NCBI RefSeq assembly: GCF_004010195.1
Contig: NC_057734.1
Location: 15,369,242-15,424,581 of the forward strand
Direction: 5' to 3'
Length of the DNA: 55,340 bases
From: Chiloscyllium plagiosum
Taxonomy: Eukaryota
The notes beneath the pieces are model-generated. The model had not been told where the DNA came from. It was given only the letters and a program-made list of their open reading frames with translations, and did not search any database. The stretch's first letter is position 1. Each line of letters begins with the position of its first letter. Below are positions 1 to 11,690 of the stretch, in pieces. Both the position numbers and the translations under genes were made by a program.

Positions 1-325
1 GTATAAGTCTTGCTAAAATTTGCTTTCCCAAAATGCAGCACCTCGCATTTATCTGAATTAAACTCCATCTGCCACTTCTCAGCCCATTGGCCCATCTGGT
101 CCAGATCCTGTTGTAGTCTGAGGTAACCCTCTTCGCTGTCCACTACACCTCCAATTTTGGTGTCATCTGCAAACTTACTAACTGTACCTCTTATGCTTGC
201 ATCCAAATCATTTACATAAATAACAAAAAGTAGAGGGCCCAGCACCGATCCTTGTGGCACTCCACTGGTCACAGGCCTCCAGTCTGAAAAGCAACCCTCT
301 ACCACCACCCTCTGTCTTCTACCAT
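1..325 (-). mobile_element. CR1 LINE RT fragment
   Basis: Reverse strand encodes the CR1 RT segment GVPQGSVLGP...SKFADDTKIGG...WAEKWQMEFN...CEVLHFG. Confidence 0.85.
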
Positions 326-329
326 TCAT

Positions 330-750
330 GTAGAACTCTGAGCTCAAAGACTGCATGAATTCATGTAAGACTCCATTATCTCACTTTTTAGATTAGAATC
401 AATCTAAACATCATGGCATAGACCGAGAACACAGGGGGCCAACACCTTCAACATATTGTCTAGCTATCACCCATTGTTAACAGCTAACCAGAGAATACAA
501 CTTTTTAAAAAAAAGATTTTGTGATTTACACATAAAGAAATGAAACTATCACGGTATTCTAACAGATGAAAGGCTTAACAGACAATCAATTTTTCAATGT
601 ATAACTTCAGTTACATCACACTGTTAAATTTTTGCTATAAATTCTGTGGGTTAGGATTGAGCCCTCCATTACCACCTGATGAAGGAGCGACGCTCCAAAA
701 GCTAGTGTGCTTCCAATTAAACCTGTTGGACTATAACCTGGTATTGTGTG
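330..750 (+). mobile_element. Penelope-like element terminal fragment with degenerate minimal hammerhead motif (671-716)
   Basis: CTGATGA-A-GGAGC-GAC-GCTCC-(A)AAA-GC...GCTTC; the G of GAAA is mutated to A. Confidence 0.55.
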
Positions 751-765
751 ATTTTTAACCATATA

Positions 766-2500
766 CATTCAGGACACCACCTCCTTCATGATATACATTT
801 CCCTCCCCACCCCCATCTGCGTTCCACAGAGAGCAATCCATCCACAACTCCCTTGTTGGGTCCATACCCCCCCGCCCCAAGCCACCAAACCACCCTCCAC
901 ATCAGGCACCTTCCCATGCAAGAGGTGGAAAACCTGTGCCCAGACTTCCCTCTCACCTCCAACCAAGGCCCCAAAAGAACTTCTCATATCTGGCAAACAT
1001 TTTCCTACACATCCAAACACCTTATCTGCTATATCCATTGCTCTTGATGTGGTCTCCTCTACACTGAGAAGACAGGATGCCAACTCGCGGAACATTTCAG
1101 GGAACATTTCTGAGACACGCACCGCACAACCCCCTCAATCCTTGGCTGACCACTTCAATTCTCCCTTCCATTCAGCCAAGGACATGCAAGTCCTGGGCCT
1201 TCTCCACCACCAAATCCAAGCCTGGAGGAAGTCCGCCCCATCTTCTGCCTTGGGACACTTCAACCACACAGCATCAACATTGACTTCACTAGTTTCCTAA
1301 TCTCTCCTTCCTCTACCTCATCCCAGATCCAACCTTCCAACTTGGCACCATCCTCTTGAACTATCCTTCCTGTCCATCTGACCTATCCGCTCCACCCTCC
1401 CATCCAACCTGTCACTATCAGAAGGTGGATATGTGAGGGGAGGGGAATATGTATCTGTTGGTGCTTTCCTGCTGGAGGTAGTGGAAATGGTGGCTAATGA
1501 TCCTATGGATGTGGATGCTGGTGGGGATGGTAGGTGAGGACAAGGAGGATCCTATCGCTGCTTTGGGAGGGAGAAGGAGTGAGGGCTGAAATGTAGGAAA
1601 TGGGTCGAACCTGGTTGAGGGCCCTGTCAATTATGGTACTGGGTAATCCTTGGTTGAGGAAGAAGGTCGATATTTTGTAGGCGCCTGTGTCAAAGGTGGT
1701 ATCATCAGAACAGATGCGATGAAGTTCGCGGAACTTGGAGAATGGAATAGGATGCAGAGTGTGACAGTGTACAGACAAGGTAACTATGGGTGTTGGTTGG
1801 TTTGCAATGGATATGGGTGGCCAATCTATCCCAGAAATGGAAACAGAGATGTCGAAAGAAAGGAAAGATTGAGTCAGGTGGACCAGATGAAGGGGAGAGT
1901 GGGGTGGAAATTGGAAGTGAAATTGATAAACTTTTCCAATTCCGGACAAGAAGGGGAAGCAGCACTGATGATATTATCGATATGAGAGAAAGAGTTCTGG
2001 GTGAGGGCCAGCATAGGATTGGAACAAGAAATGTTCCACACACCCCACAAAGAGACAGGCATTACTGGGGCACGTGGGTAAACATGGTCATTCCTCTGTC
2101 CTGAGGAAAGTGAGAGGAGTTAAGAAAACTTGCTCAGGGTGAGGACGAGCTTACCCAGGCGGAGGGTGGTAGTGGTGGAGATGGTTTGATTCTTTTTTCC
2201 AGGAAGAAGCAGAGAGCCCTGAGACCATCTTGAACAGGCATTACTGGGGCACATGTGGGTAAACATGGTCATTCCTCTGTCCTGAGGAAAGTGAGAGGAG
2301 TTAAGAAAACTTGCTCATGGTGAGATTGAGTTTACCCAGGCGGAGGATGGTAGTGGTGGAGATGGTTTGATTCTTTTTTCCAGGAAGAAGCAGAGAGCCC
2401 TGAGACCATCTTGATCTGGGATGGATGTGTAAAGGGATTGCATATCCATGGTCAAGAGAAGGTGGATGGAGTCCGTAACTGGAAACTCCTGTAAAGTTTT
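766..2500. mobile_element. Rearranged, decayed Penelope-like retroelement: GIY-YIG part on + (766-1420), RT part on - (1421-2500)
   Basis: Minus strand: TMDMQSLYTSIPDQDG, HIDNII (YIDD-like), KPTNTHSYL. Plus strand: GTFPCK..KTC, LICYIHCS, LADHFNS. Internal ~180-bp tandem duplication 2055-2233/2234-2414. Confidence 0.8.
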
Positions 2501-2954
2501 AGAGGAATCGCGTACGTAAATGGGAAGAGACTGGACAAGGGGAGGGAAAAAAAATCGAGTTAAGGTTAGTAAGAGAAAGCAACATGACAATGAAAAGTTA
2601 GTGCTGATTAGCTGTAAACGGATTGTGATTAGGAGAGGAGTTGCCATGGACAAAAACCATTATAGGAAGGACTGCTAGTTAACTGCCAAGCTTTCCTTCA
2701 ATTTTAAACAAGCCGGTCAGAGTCTAAACTGTCAAGAAAGTAACAAGAGAACAGCTGTCACCTATTACGTTGAGTTGAAACAGGCACAGTGTATGGACAT
2801 GTTGACAGGCATCATCTGAAAGGTACTTGTGATCTGGAACTATTATGAAAAGAGTCTAAGAATAATATCCATTAGATTATCTGCAGGTCCAGAAACAAAT
2901 CTCAATTTGAATGAGTAAATGAACTGATTAACAAACTCATTATTGTCAAAGACC

Positions 2955-2960
2955 TTTATT
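2955..2960 (-). promoter_or_regulatory. Candidate polyadenylation signal (AATAAA) of OASL
   Basis: TTTATT on + strand about 830 nt downstream of the OASL stop, at the end of an AT-rich unique stretch. Confidence 0.45.
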
Positions 2961-3786
2961 TAGCAATATTACATATTCAGTCTATTGTGATTTTGCACAG
3001 TAGATTCAATAGTAACCTCCAAAAAACAGAGTGATTATTTTTTGAAAAAGGATTTAGATAGTTCTTCAAATTTCCAGATTCAAAATGATGGTCTGAATGG
3101 CTTTGCTTCAATTGTATAAATTCTATGATACAATTGACTATTGTAATACATAATACGTACTCAGCAAATAACATTCCTACCTTACTTTAATATGTAAACA
3201 AATGTAAAACATTCCAAACAGTAAGTAAATACATAATCTATAAAGGTACAAAATCATTCTAATAAACTACTGTAATTAAAAAGAACTTATTAATTCACTG
3301 CTGCAGTTGGCAACAGAATTTGTGCAATAAAAATATGCAAATGTGTGTTATTTCATTAATTTTGAGAGAAAGGCCACTTGTTGCCAGCTCCAATGTGCAA
3401 TGCAGAACAGACAGGAGGAGCAAATTATTTCCAAACTAGAGGCTGACCCCAAAAAACCTCAGGCAGTGATTGGTCACATTAACTAATCTGGAGGAGCAGT
3501 GGAAGAAATCACATTCAAATAAGAAAATTTTCCAGTCAAAGTATCATTCCCTGCAGTTGAATATATGTTTCAAAATGCACAGGGTCATCCCACTTTAAAC
3601 ATTACTTGAAGTTTCATCTCATTCTCAACATAAATTTCAGTTAAAGTTTGGTATTTTCAGATACATATAAATCAGTGAAAAGGATTAATATGTAGTATTT
3701 ATATTTACAACATGTTCCAAATAAATCCAGTTGATAAGATATATCATGAAAATGTGTTTTAAATGTTTTAATATTGCAGTTGACTT

Positions 3787-4260
3787 TCAAGATGCCTTGC
3801 CCCCACGGAGACGCAAGTTGATGTCAATGGTACAATGTTGATCAATGCCGTAGTATTCCAGCGTGTGGCTATCTTCTAGTGTTCGTGACTGAAAGGTCAG
3901 GTAATATTGGCTTGGAGAAATGCGCTCCAGATTTTGGATCTTATTTTTCAGGCTCAAAACCTTGTCAGTCGGGGACACATTAATTTCTAGGTTACATCCA
4001 TTTGGATGCCTTACAAATATCTCCATTGAGTTTGACACAAGTAGGTGGAGCTTTGCATCAAAGAATATTCCAGAATCCAATAAGGTTTTGCCACCATTCA
4101 GAATAGTTTTATTGAACATCAGGCGTTGTTGGTGAACTGGAATGTTCCAGTTTTGCTGGATTTGATTCTTGATCATTAAAATGTTGCTGTCAATGTTGGC
4201 CATCAGGGGTAATGAGGAGCCATTCAGGCTAATCACAGTGATCTCAAACTGTGCCATTGG
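3787..4260 (-). CDS. OASL: OASL terminal exon 6: two tandem ubiquitin-like domains ending LRLRGG-KAS (156-aa ORF from ATG at 4257)
   Basis: Acceptor t11-aactgttttag|CCA ATG GCA at 4261/4260 is in phase 0 with exon 5. UBL motifs IPVHQQRLMF, MEIFV, LEDSHTLEYYGI, LRLRGG. No stops or frameshifts. Confidence 0.93.
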   Translation of the reverse strand, partial: PMAQFEITVISLNGSSLPLMANIDSNILMIKNQIQQNWNIPVHQQRLMFNKTILNGGKTLLDSGIFFDAKLHLLVSNSMEIFVRHPNGCNLEINVSPTDKVLSLKNKIQNLERISPSQYYLTFQSRTLEDSHTLEYYGIDQHCTIDINLRLRGGKAS

Positions 4261-5146
4261 CTAAAACAGTTAAAAAAAAAAATTGTTTTTGCGGCTGGAA
4301 AGACAGTTGGCTGTGTTCGTTTGTTAAATACAAATACAACAATAAGTATATTTTTCAATTTTACTCCCCATCCCTCCTGATTCTTATTGTGATAATAAAT
4401 ATAACATTTTTGTCAAGCATTTTATGGTCAGTAAAGACAGAATTTTGTTCACCCCCATTTCACTAAGTCTGATCTAGTATTTACTTGATATCCCACACTC
4501 AAAATATATGGTTAGTCAGAATCTCAACAGATTCTTTGCACTTTCTCAAGTCTGCTCTATTTTTAACAAATCGGAATCTATCATTTATTCCCTCCTCTAT
4601 CCAATGCCTCACCAGCTTCCCTTCAAATGTATCTATACTATTTGCTTCAACCACCCCCATTGCAGGGAGTTCCACCTTCCCATCTAGTTAAGCTCTTCCC
4701 CAAATGAGGTAACATTGTCTTTGAATCCACTCAGTTAAAACCTGTCATTATTTTAATGATTGCTACTGCAAAATCCCCTCAGCCCTCTTTTTTCTCTTAC
4801 CAATTCTTTCCTGAAATGTGTACAAACATATTTTTATCACTATCCTTCTCAATATTTTCTTCACCTACTCCAGTGTCCTTTAGATCCTTTTTATAATATC
4901 ATGACCAGGTTGCATTCAGATTTCAAGGTCAACAATAAGTTGCCCACTTTTTGACTCCATGGCTCCAGGAATAAATCCTTGTGCTTGGTTTGTTTCCTGG
5001 CTGCTATCAATAATCTGTGGAGCCATCTCTGGTGATTGATGTAATTGCAATCCACGCTACCTGTGTTCCACTACCCCACCTAGTGTTCACTTTTAAAATG
5101 ATAAGTGACATCCCTATTATCCCTGTCAAAATGTACAGTTTTATGT

Positions 5147-5430
5147 TTAGATTACATTACTTACAGTGTGGAAACAGGCCCTTTGCCCCAACAAATCCAC
5201 ACCGTCCCGCAACCCACCCACTTACCCCTTCACTTAACACTACGGGCAATTTAGCATGGCCAATTCACCTAACCTGCACATTTTTGGACTGTGGGAGGAA
5301 ACCGGAGCACCTGGAGGAAACCCATGCAGACACGGGAAGAATGTGCAAACTCCACACAGAGAGTCACCTGAGACAGGAATTGAACCAAGGTCTCTGACGC
5401 TGTGAGGCAGCAGTGCTAACCACTGTGCCA
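5147..5430 (-). mobile_element. HE1-like tRNA-derived V-SINE
   Basis: A/B boxes (TGGCACAGTGG...GGTTCAATTCC on -), V-domain gtgtggagtttgcacattct..., tail tttccacactgtaagtaat. Confidence 0.85.
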
Positions 5431-5814
5431 TTTATCAATATGGCTTTTTGATTGTCAATGACTTGTTTCTTTGCCAAATCTGTGAAAGTCCTGCTGTGAT
5501 TTGCTACCATGCCCCTCAAAATTGACTTTGCACTGCAATCAGGTGTCATCCATAAATTGGTCATGTACAGTACTAACAGCAAAAGATCCATCACTGATTC
5601 TTGTGAAGCACGATTTCCCACCTTCTGACTCTGTAGAACACCCAGGGTATGCTTTCTGGCTTGAAGTCAAGAGAAGGAACTGTGTCATTTAACAATTCAA
5701 TCTCCAGAATTTCTACACGAAACAGTGTCCCGTGTCAATCATCTCCTAAAACTATTTACCTGGACCTTCCATGCTTGGACTCCAGAGACACATGTCAATG
5801 TACAGTTTTATGTT

Positions 5815-6094
5815 TAGATTACATTACTTACAGTGTGGAAACAGGCCCTTTGCCCCAACAAGTCCACACCGTCCCGCAACCCACCCATTTACCCCTTCAC
5901 TTAACACTACGGGCAATTTAGCATGACCAATTCACCTAACCTGCACATTTTTGGACTGTGGGAGGAAACCGGAGCACCTGGAGGAAACCCATGCAGACAC
6001 GGGAAGAATGTGCAAACTCCACACAGAGTCACCTGAGACAGGAATTGAACCAAGATCTCTGACGCTGTGAGGCAGCAGTGCTAACCACTGTGCC
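5815..6094 (-). mobile_element. HE1-like V-SINE (duplicate of 5147-5430)
   Basis: Part of the tandem duplication unit. Confidence 0.85.
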
Positions 6095-6424
6095 ATTTAT
6101 CAATATGGCTTTTTGATTGTCAATGACTTGTTTCTTTGCCAAATCTGTGAAAGTCCTGCTGTGATTTGCTACCATGCCCCTCAAAATTGACTTTGCACTG
6201 CAATCAGGTGTCATCCATAAATTGGTCATGTACAGTACTAACAGCAAAAGGTCCATCACTGATTCTTTTGAAGCACGACTTCCCACCTTCTGACTCTGTA
6301 GAACACCCAGGGTATGCTTTCTGGCTTGAAGTCAAGAGAAGGAACTGTGTCATTTAACAATTCAATCTCCAGAATTTCTACACCAAACAGTGTCCCATGT
6401 CAATCATCTCCTAAAACTATTTAC

Positions 6425-6557
6425 CTGGACCTTCCATGCTTGGACTCCAGAGACACATCGAGACCTGAGCCATTTCTTGGCCTCCTTGTCCATCACGTAC
6501 CATCCATCAGATGAAGCCACATTATTAGTTGGATCGGCCGGGTCAAGGATTATTGGT
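6425..6557 (-). CDS. OASL: OASL exon 5 (RPIILDPADPTNNVASSDGWYVMDKEAKKWLRSRCVSGVQAWKVQ)
   Basis: Acceptor ttttattttgcag|, donor CAG|gtaaat; OAS signature RPxILDPADPT; 133 nt, phase 2 to 0. Confidence 0.95.
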
Positions 6558-7361
6558 CTGCAAAATAAAACCACATCCAATAATTGTTATAAACCATAGA
6601 CCTGAGTTTCTGAGCAAAGTAACACTGAGTTTAATGGTGATTATTGTTATTAGTGTGGAAAGAATTCAGCAATCTGTGATGAAGTAGTGATGCCCCATGA
6701 GTTATGGATACCAGAATTTGCGATCCTTGGCCAAAGCTTCGTTGTTAAGCTCTGCAGGTATTTCAAGGACTTTTTACTTTTGCATCTTATTGAGGAATTA
6801 AACTCACAGCAGGAACTCAGGCATTTGCTTGTCTCAAAGCAAGTTTCATGTGGTAAGCAAGAGACTGATACAGAAATTCATCAAGCAGTTCACTTCAAAA
6901 AACATTATCTTCCTTCTGCCTTCCTTCATTTCTGAGGAAACTAGCACATTTCTTCTCACTCTGTATAATGCTTCGAAATCTCATGCCAGATTGCTTTAAA
7001 TCCAGCCATTGATGAATTCAAAGCATTCGGAGTCCAGATCCTTTACTTCACCTTTATCAGTGACTTTATTTGGGCCGTAATGTGCTTTCAATCCCAATCA
7101 CTGGATCCAGACAAGATTCAGTACAGACAACAGAGAAAGGTCTTTCTAGATGGATGGTATAATCTTTCTAATCTGACTGTGTTGGTAATTATATTGGTTA
7201 ACACTTTTATAACATTTGAATATGTTAAGTATCCCACGTTGTTCATGGGGTGGAGTAGACACTGACCATTACTATAATGTGAGGGTTTGAACAATGGTCT
7301 CCAGGACACTAATCAAAATGGGATTAAAAAAAGTGACGATGTTTATGGAGAGCTCTATAAT

Positions 7362-7638
7362 GATTAGATTCCCTACAGCGTGGAAACAGGCCATTCAGCC
7401 CATCCAAACTGGCCCTCCAAAGAGTAACCCACCCAGACCCACTTCCCTCTGACTAATGCAATTTAGCATGGCCAATTCACCTGGCCTGCAGGAGGAAACC
7501 AGAGCACCCGGAGGAAAACCACACAGACGTGGGGAGAACGTGCAAACTCCACACAGATAGTCACCCGAGGCTGGAATTGAACCTGGGACCCTGATGCTGT
7601 GAGTTAGCAGTGCTAACCCCTGAGCCACTATGCTGCCC
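7362..7638 (-). mobile_element. HE1-like V-SINE
   Basis: Same head, V-domain and tail motifs, internally deleted. Confidence 0.8.
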
Positions 7639-7764
7639 TGAATATGGTACCAATCTGATGTAAAGTTCTGAAGAAGGATCACAAAACATTACCTCTGTTT
7701 TCTATCCAGAGATGCATGTCCCTTACTTGACACCCAAAGACAGGTATTAGTGGTCAATTAGATC

Positions 7765-8180
7765 GCTAAATGTCCCGAAATCAGCTTCCTTACGTGAGAG
7801 TGCTCTTAAAGAATTGGAACAGTTCTAACTGGTTTCACTTAAAAGATATTTTAAGCTTTTACCTGTTGCCACAGAGTTTCTTACGTAGAAAATTTACAAT
7901 GTCTTGATTGTTGACATTGTAACGGTCAGTCCAGTAAATATGCAGATTTTGATAGTTGCAGATCAGCTCAAGGATTGTCCAAAAACCTTCAGCAGTGACA
8001 AATCTCTCGGTCCCGTTGCCTTGCTCCCAGGCGTAGTCAGCAGCTCCACCGCATACTTAGCAGGCAAACTCTGTGGCAACAGGTAAAAGCTTAAAATATC
8101 TTTTAACTGAAACCAGTTAGAACTGTTCCAATTCTTTAAGAGCACTCTTAAGTAAGGAAGCTGATTTCGGGACATTTAGC
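7765..8180. repeat. 115-bp inverted repeat (arms 7765-7879 and 8066-8180) flanking OASL exon 4
   Basis: gctaaatgtcccgaaatcagc...cctgttgccacagagttt versus aaactctgtggcaacagg...gctgatttcgggacatttagc; 3 mismatches by eye. Confidence 0.95.
7863..8070 (-). pseudogene. OASL: OASL exon 4 remnant (SLPAKYAVELL/frameshift/YAWEQGNGTERFVTAEGFWTILELICNYQNLHIYWTDRYNVNNQDIVNFLRKKLCGN)
   Basis: OAS motif LPPxYALELLTxYAWE is split over two frames (CTG CTG AC^TAC GCC TGG; about 4 nt missing at 8036/8035). Donor AG|gtaaaag at 7863/7862. The 5' end is replaced by an inverted repeat arm. Confidence 0.9.
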
Positions 8181-8460
8181 TCCAAAGAGTATCCCACCCA
8201 AGCCCATTCATCTACTCTATTCTACATTTACACGTAACTAATTAACACATCCCTGAACACTATGGGCAATTTAGCATGGCCAATTCACCTAACCTGCACA
8301 TCTTTAGACTGTGGAAGGAAACCAGAGCGCCCGGAGGAAACATGTAGACACAGGGAGAATGTGCAGACTCCGCACAGACAGTCGCCTGAGGCTGGAATCA
8401 AAACCGGGTGCCTGGTGCTGTGAGGCAGCAGTGCCAACCACTGAACCACTGTGCTGCCCA
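8181..8460 (-). mobile_element. HE1-like V-SINE, tail truncated at the inverted-repeat breakpoint
   Basis: Head and V-domain present; terminal tail (tggaaacaggccc on +) missing exactly at 8180/8181. Confidence 0.8.
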
Positions 8461-9003
8461 AATATGTGCAGATTAAAGGACTGGCCTCCACCCCTGATCT
8501 GTAATCAATTTGAATACAGCTCCTCCATACAATATGGCATCAGGGAATTTTTTTCATGACTACACTAGAGAATCAAGATCTGATTCTGAGATGTATTTAA
8601 CCTAAGCTGAAGGTGTACAGGATCTCCCCTTTCTCTAAAGTCATTCCAGCAACTTCGATTGAAGCCAGTTTCTTGAAGGAGGAGGTTAAATTGTTCAACT
8701 GTTAAAAATATGGGTACTTCTTTTATATGGCTTCAGACAGCAACCAGATCTTTTATTGCACATTTAGCAGAGGCTGGAGGAGCTCTGAGAGAAACCGCTC
8801 ATAGGAGCACTCCTTCAAAGATTCTGCCAATCCCCTTCTATGCAAACAAGCATTCTAGGCAAGTGTTCACAGGTTTTTAATAAGGATGAAGCCCGAATTC
8901 ATCAGTCATATTTGTCAATGATATAACTATAGAAACACCATCTTTTTATATGTGGCGCTACAATCTCCCTACATTCTTCAAGCCATGTTCCCCAGTCACT
9001 CAC

Positions 9004-9179
9004 CTCTTTGTACCAATATTTTAGCAGGCGAATCAAGTCTTTAAGTTTTGCATTACGTTGCTTCACAAAATTCCTCTGAAGCTCAGTAAAACATGCAGAA
9101 AATTCCCCACATGGATCACCATTTTCGCTTACGAATTTTATTAGCCTGAGATGGGCTGTATTTCCATTTGGTGATCCTT
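9004..9179 (-). CDS. OASL: OASL exon 3 ([59 protein letters not shown])
   Basis: Acceptor tttcctacag|, donor GAG|gtgagt; carries the OAS signature GEFSxCFTELQR...KLKxLIRLxKxWY; 176 nt, phase 1 to 0. Confidence 0.95.
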
Positions 9180-9514
9180 CTGTAGGAAATTAAACATTTG
9201 ATGAGCAACAGAAACTGTGGCATTTGTGGTCAGATATAAGCTAGAGATTGANNNNNNNNNNNNNNNNNNNNNNNNNNNNNNNNNNNNNNNNNNNNNNNNN
9301 NNNNNAAAAAAAATGCAATTTAAGGATGATTGCCACTACTGAGATGTTTGGGCCTAGATAAATATATAAAAGCTAATTGCTCCATCGCCTTAACTAGAAA
9401 CAGGACATGTTATGAAACAATGTGAATAATAGTCAATCTCCTTGACTAGCAGAGGTTTGTGAAAGAACTAAAATTATACTGGAGCTTAAAAATTACACTA
9501 ACATAAATTCTTAC

Positions 9515-9815
9515 CCAGTGCATCAAAGGCTGGCAAAATATCAAATTCCACACTCTTTGAGTATTTCTTCTTCGGTTTTAGAGCAAAGCTCAATGATTTT
9601 GGTAGGACGTTGCTGTTCGATACAAGAGTTATGTTGATGTCACTAATCTTATTGGCAAAGCTTGGTGCACACTCTGTCAATACTTGTTGAATTCCTTCAA
9701 GAATTTCCTGCCTCTTGTTTCTCAGCTCCTCAAAACTCTGGAAACAGTTGAGGAAGACAACAAGATCTGCATCTGAACCATTCCTTAAAGCCGTTCCTTT
9801 GCCTGAAGACCCTCC
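9515..9815 (-). CDS. OASL: OASL exon 2: P-loop GGSSGKGT, SDADLVVFL and EFDILPAFDAL (three catalytic Asp present)
   Basis: Acceptor ttctcgtctgcag|GGA at 9816/9815, donor CTG G|gtaag at 9515/9514; 301 nt, open frame (within ORF 9498..9854). Confidence 0.95.
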
Positions 9816-10039
9816 CTGCAGACGAGAAAGGATAGAAAAAATATTTGTGAACATTTCAATGATCAGTGAATTTGGCCATTCAAAAATTTTGAATACATTT
9901 GTCTAAGCACTGCTGGCTATCTATACCATTGTGTTAGGGACAGCATTCACATCGGTATACTTTTTGCTGCTATTTCCATGGTGTGTTTCTCCTCTTGTCC
10001 TCTTTTTGTGAAGGTGCCATCACAGCACTACAAGGTTGC

Positions 10040-11690
10040 AAGATGGAGGAAAACATTGTCACTGTAGGAGCTGCTCTTTCTTTGAGGTATTTTCAGTGTT
10101 GGAGCTGATTTCCTTGAATTCTATGATCAGTAATTACAAGCTGTTGCATTGTTTTGTAACTTTGGGGAAAAAATGATCAAAATAACAGCACTTTAAAAAG
10201 GAGGAAGGGAGCCAAAGGCAGTGACCACATGGGAAGTGAGTCAAATGGAGCAGTAAGCCTGCACAGCTGTCTGACCCAGTCGTAACCTACACAACTAACT
10301 GCCTCTGCTGCTTGGTTTTAAGTATCCCTGCACATTGGAGTTCATCTAAAAAAAATGAACAGACAGTGAAATTCACAACCGACCTTGGAGAAACCTGCAT
10401 GGAAGAGCTTACAGCAAGGGAGCAGCAAAGTAGCTAGTTTTTAACTGTAACCTTACTGGTTTTGTAAATCTACAATAGTGAGTAGAGTGGGTTCTTTTTT
10501 TTTGATTGTGTGTTTGTATTGAGATCTGTCTCTTGATTAAACTTTTGAAAAAGAAAAGCATAGGTGCTAAGTTCGCCTGGGGCATCGTGTTTAAAGCAGT
10601 AAGACTGGGCTATTTTCTAGGTGTGTCGATTATTAAAGGTGCAAAGATGGCCGTCTGTAGAGTGATATGCTCTTCGTGTCGGATGTGGGCAATTAGGGAG
10701 AGCATCCATGTTACTGATGATTATGTCTGCAGGAAGTGTATGCGGTTCACCAGAAGGAGTGGTTGGAGTGGCAGTTAGAGACATTGCAGAATTTACAGGA
10801 TTTAGAGGACGGGATGGGTAGCAGTTGCAGGAAGGGAGATAAACCAACGATACAATCAGGTAGATGGGTTATATCCAGACAGGGTAGGAGAGGGAGACAG
10901 GTAATGCAGGAATCTTGTGTGGCTATCCTCATCTCAAACAAGTATGCTGCTTTGGAAAATGTAGGGGATGGGGGCGATGGACTCTCAGGCGAATGTACCG
11001 CTGAAAGCCAGGGAGGGGGACACACACCCAGGGAGACAGTGAGGAAAGAGATCAATCTGAGACTGGTACAGTTGGGAAAGGGGGCAAGTCAAACAGTCAG
11101 GACAGGTAGGAACAAAGCAGAGGATGAGGTAGGACTGATAAATGTAACTACGTTTATTTCAATCCAAGAGGCCGAAGAGGGAAGACAGATGAACTCGGGG
11201 CATGTTTGGGAACATGGGATTGGAATATCTTCGTAATTACAGAGTCTTGGCTCAGGGATGGACACGACTGGCACCTTAATGTTCCAGAGTATAGATGCTA
11301 TAGGAAGGACAGAAAGAGGAACATGAGAGGAGGGGAAATGGTGATTTTGCTTAGGGATAATATTATGCTGCACTTAGGGAGAATATTCCTGAGAATAAGT
11401 CCAGGGAAGTTATTTGGGTGGAATTGAAAAATAAAAAACGGATGATCACCTTATTAGGATTAGACTATAGACACCTCAAGAGTCAGTGGAAAATTGAGAA
11501 ACAAATTTGTAAGGAGCTCTCCATTTTCTGTAAGAATAATCGGGTGGTTATGGGAGGGGATATTAACTTTTCAAACATAGACTGAGACTGCTATAGAGTT
11601 AAGGGCTTGGATGGTGAGGAATGTGTTAAGAAATGGATGAGTTAGGCTCATGGGTTCATTTCCATGCTATACAATTTTATGAATCTCTGT
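10040..11690 (+). mobile_element. Internally deleted CR1 LINE (5' UTR, ORF1 zinc finger, start of APE endonuclease, 3' tail) in OASL intron 1
   Basis: VICSSCRMWA...YVCRKC and ITESWLRDGHDWHLNVPEYRCYRKDR; homologous to 16445-20340. Confidence 0.8.

Larger units (their letters stand above)
5124..6458. repeat. Tandem duplication of about 668 bp (units ~5124-5793 and ~5793-6458) including a SINE and the exon 5 donor
   Basis: Near-identical units; duplicated ORFs 5501..5692/6166..6357 and 5364..5621/6029..6286 in the ORF track; a few substitutions and small indels. Confidence 0.93.

Noticed and set aside
9498-9854. 118-aa ORF as a stand-alone gene
   Set aside because: It is OASL exon 2 plus intronic read-through; splice sites at 9815 and 9515 are clear.
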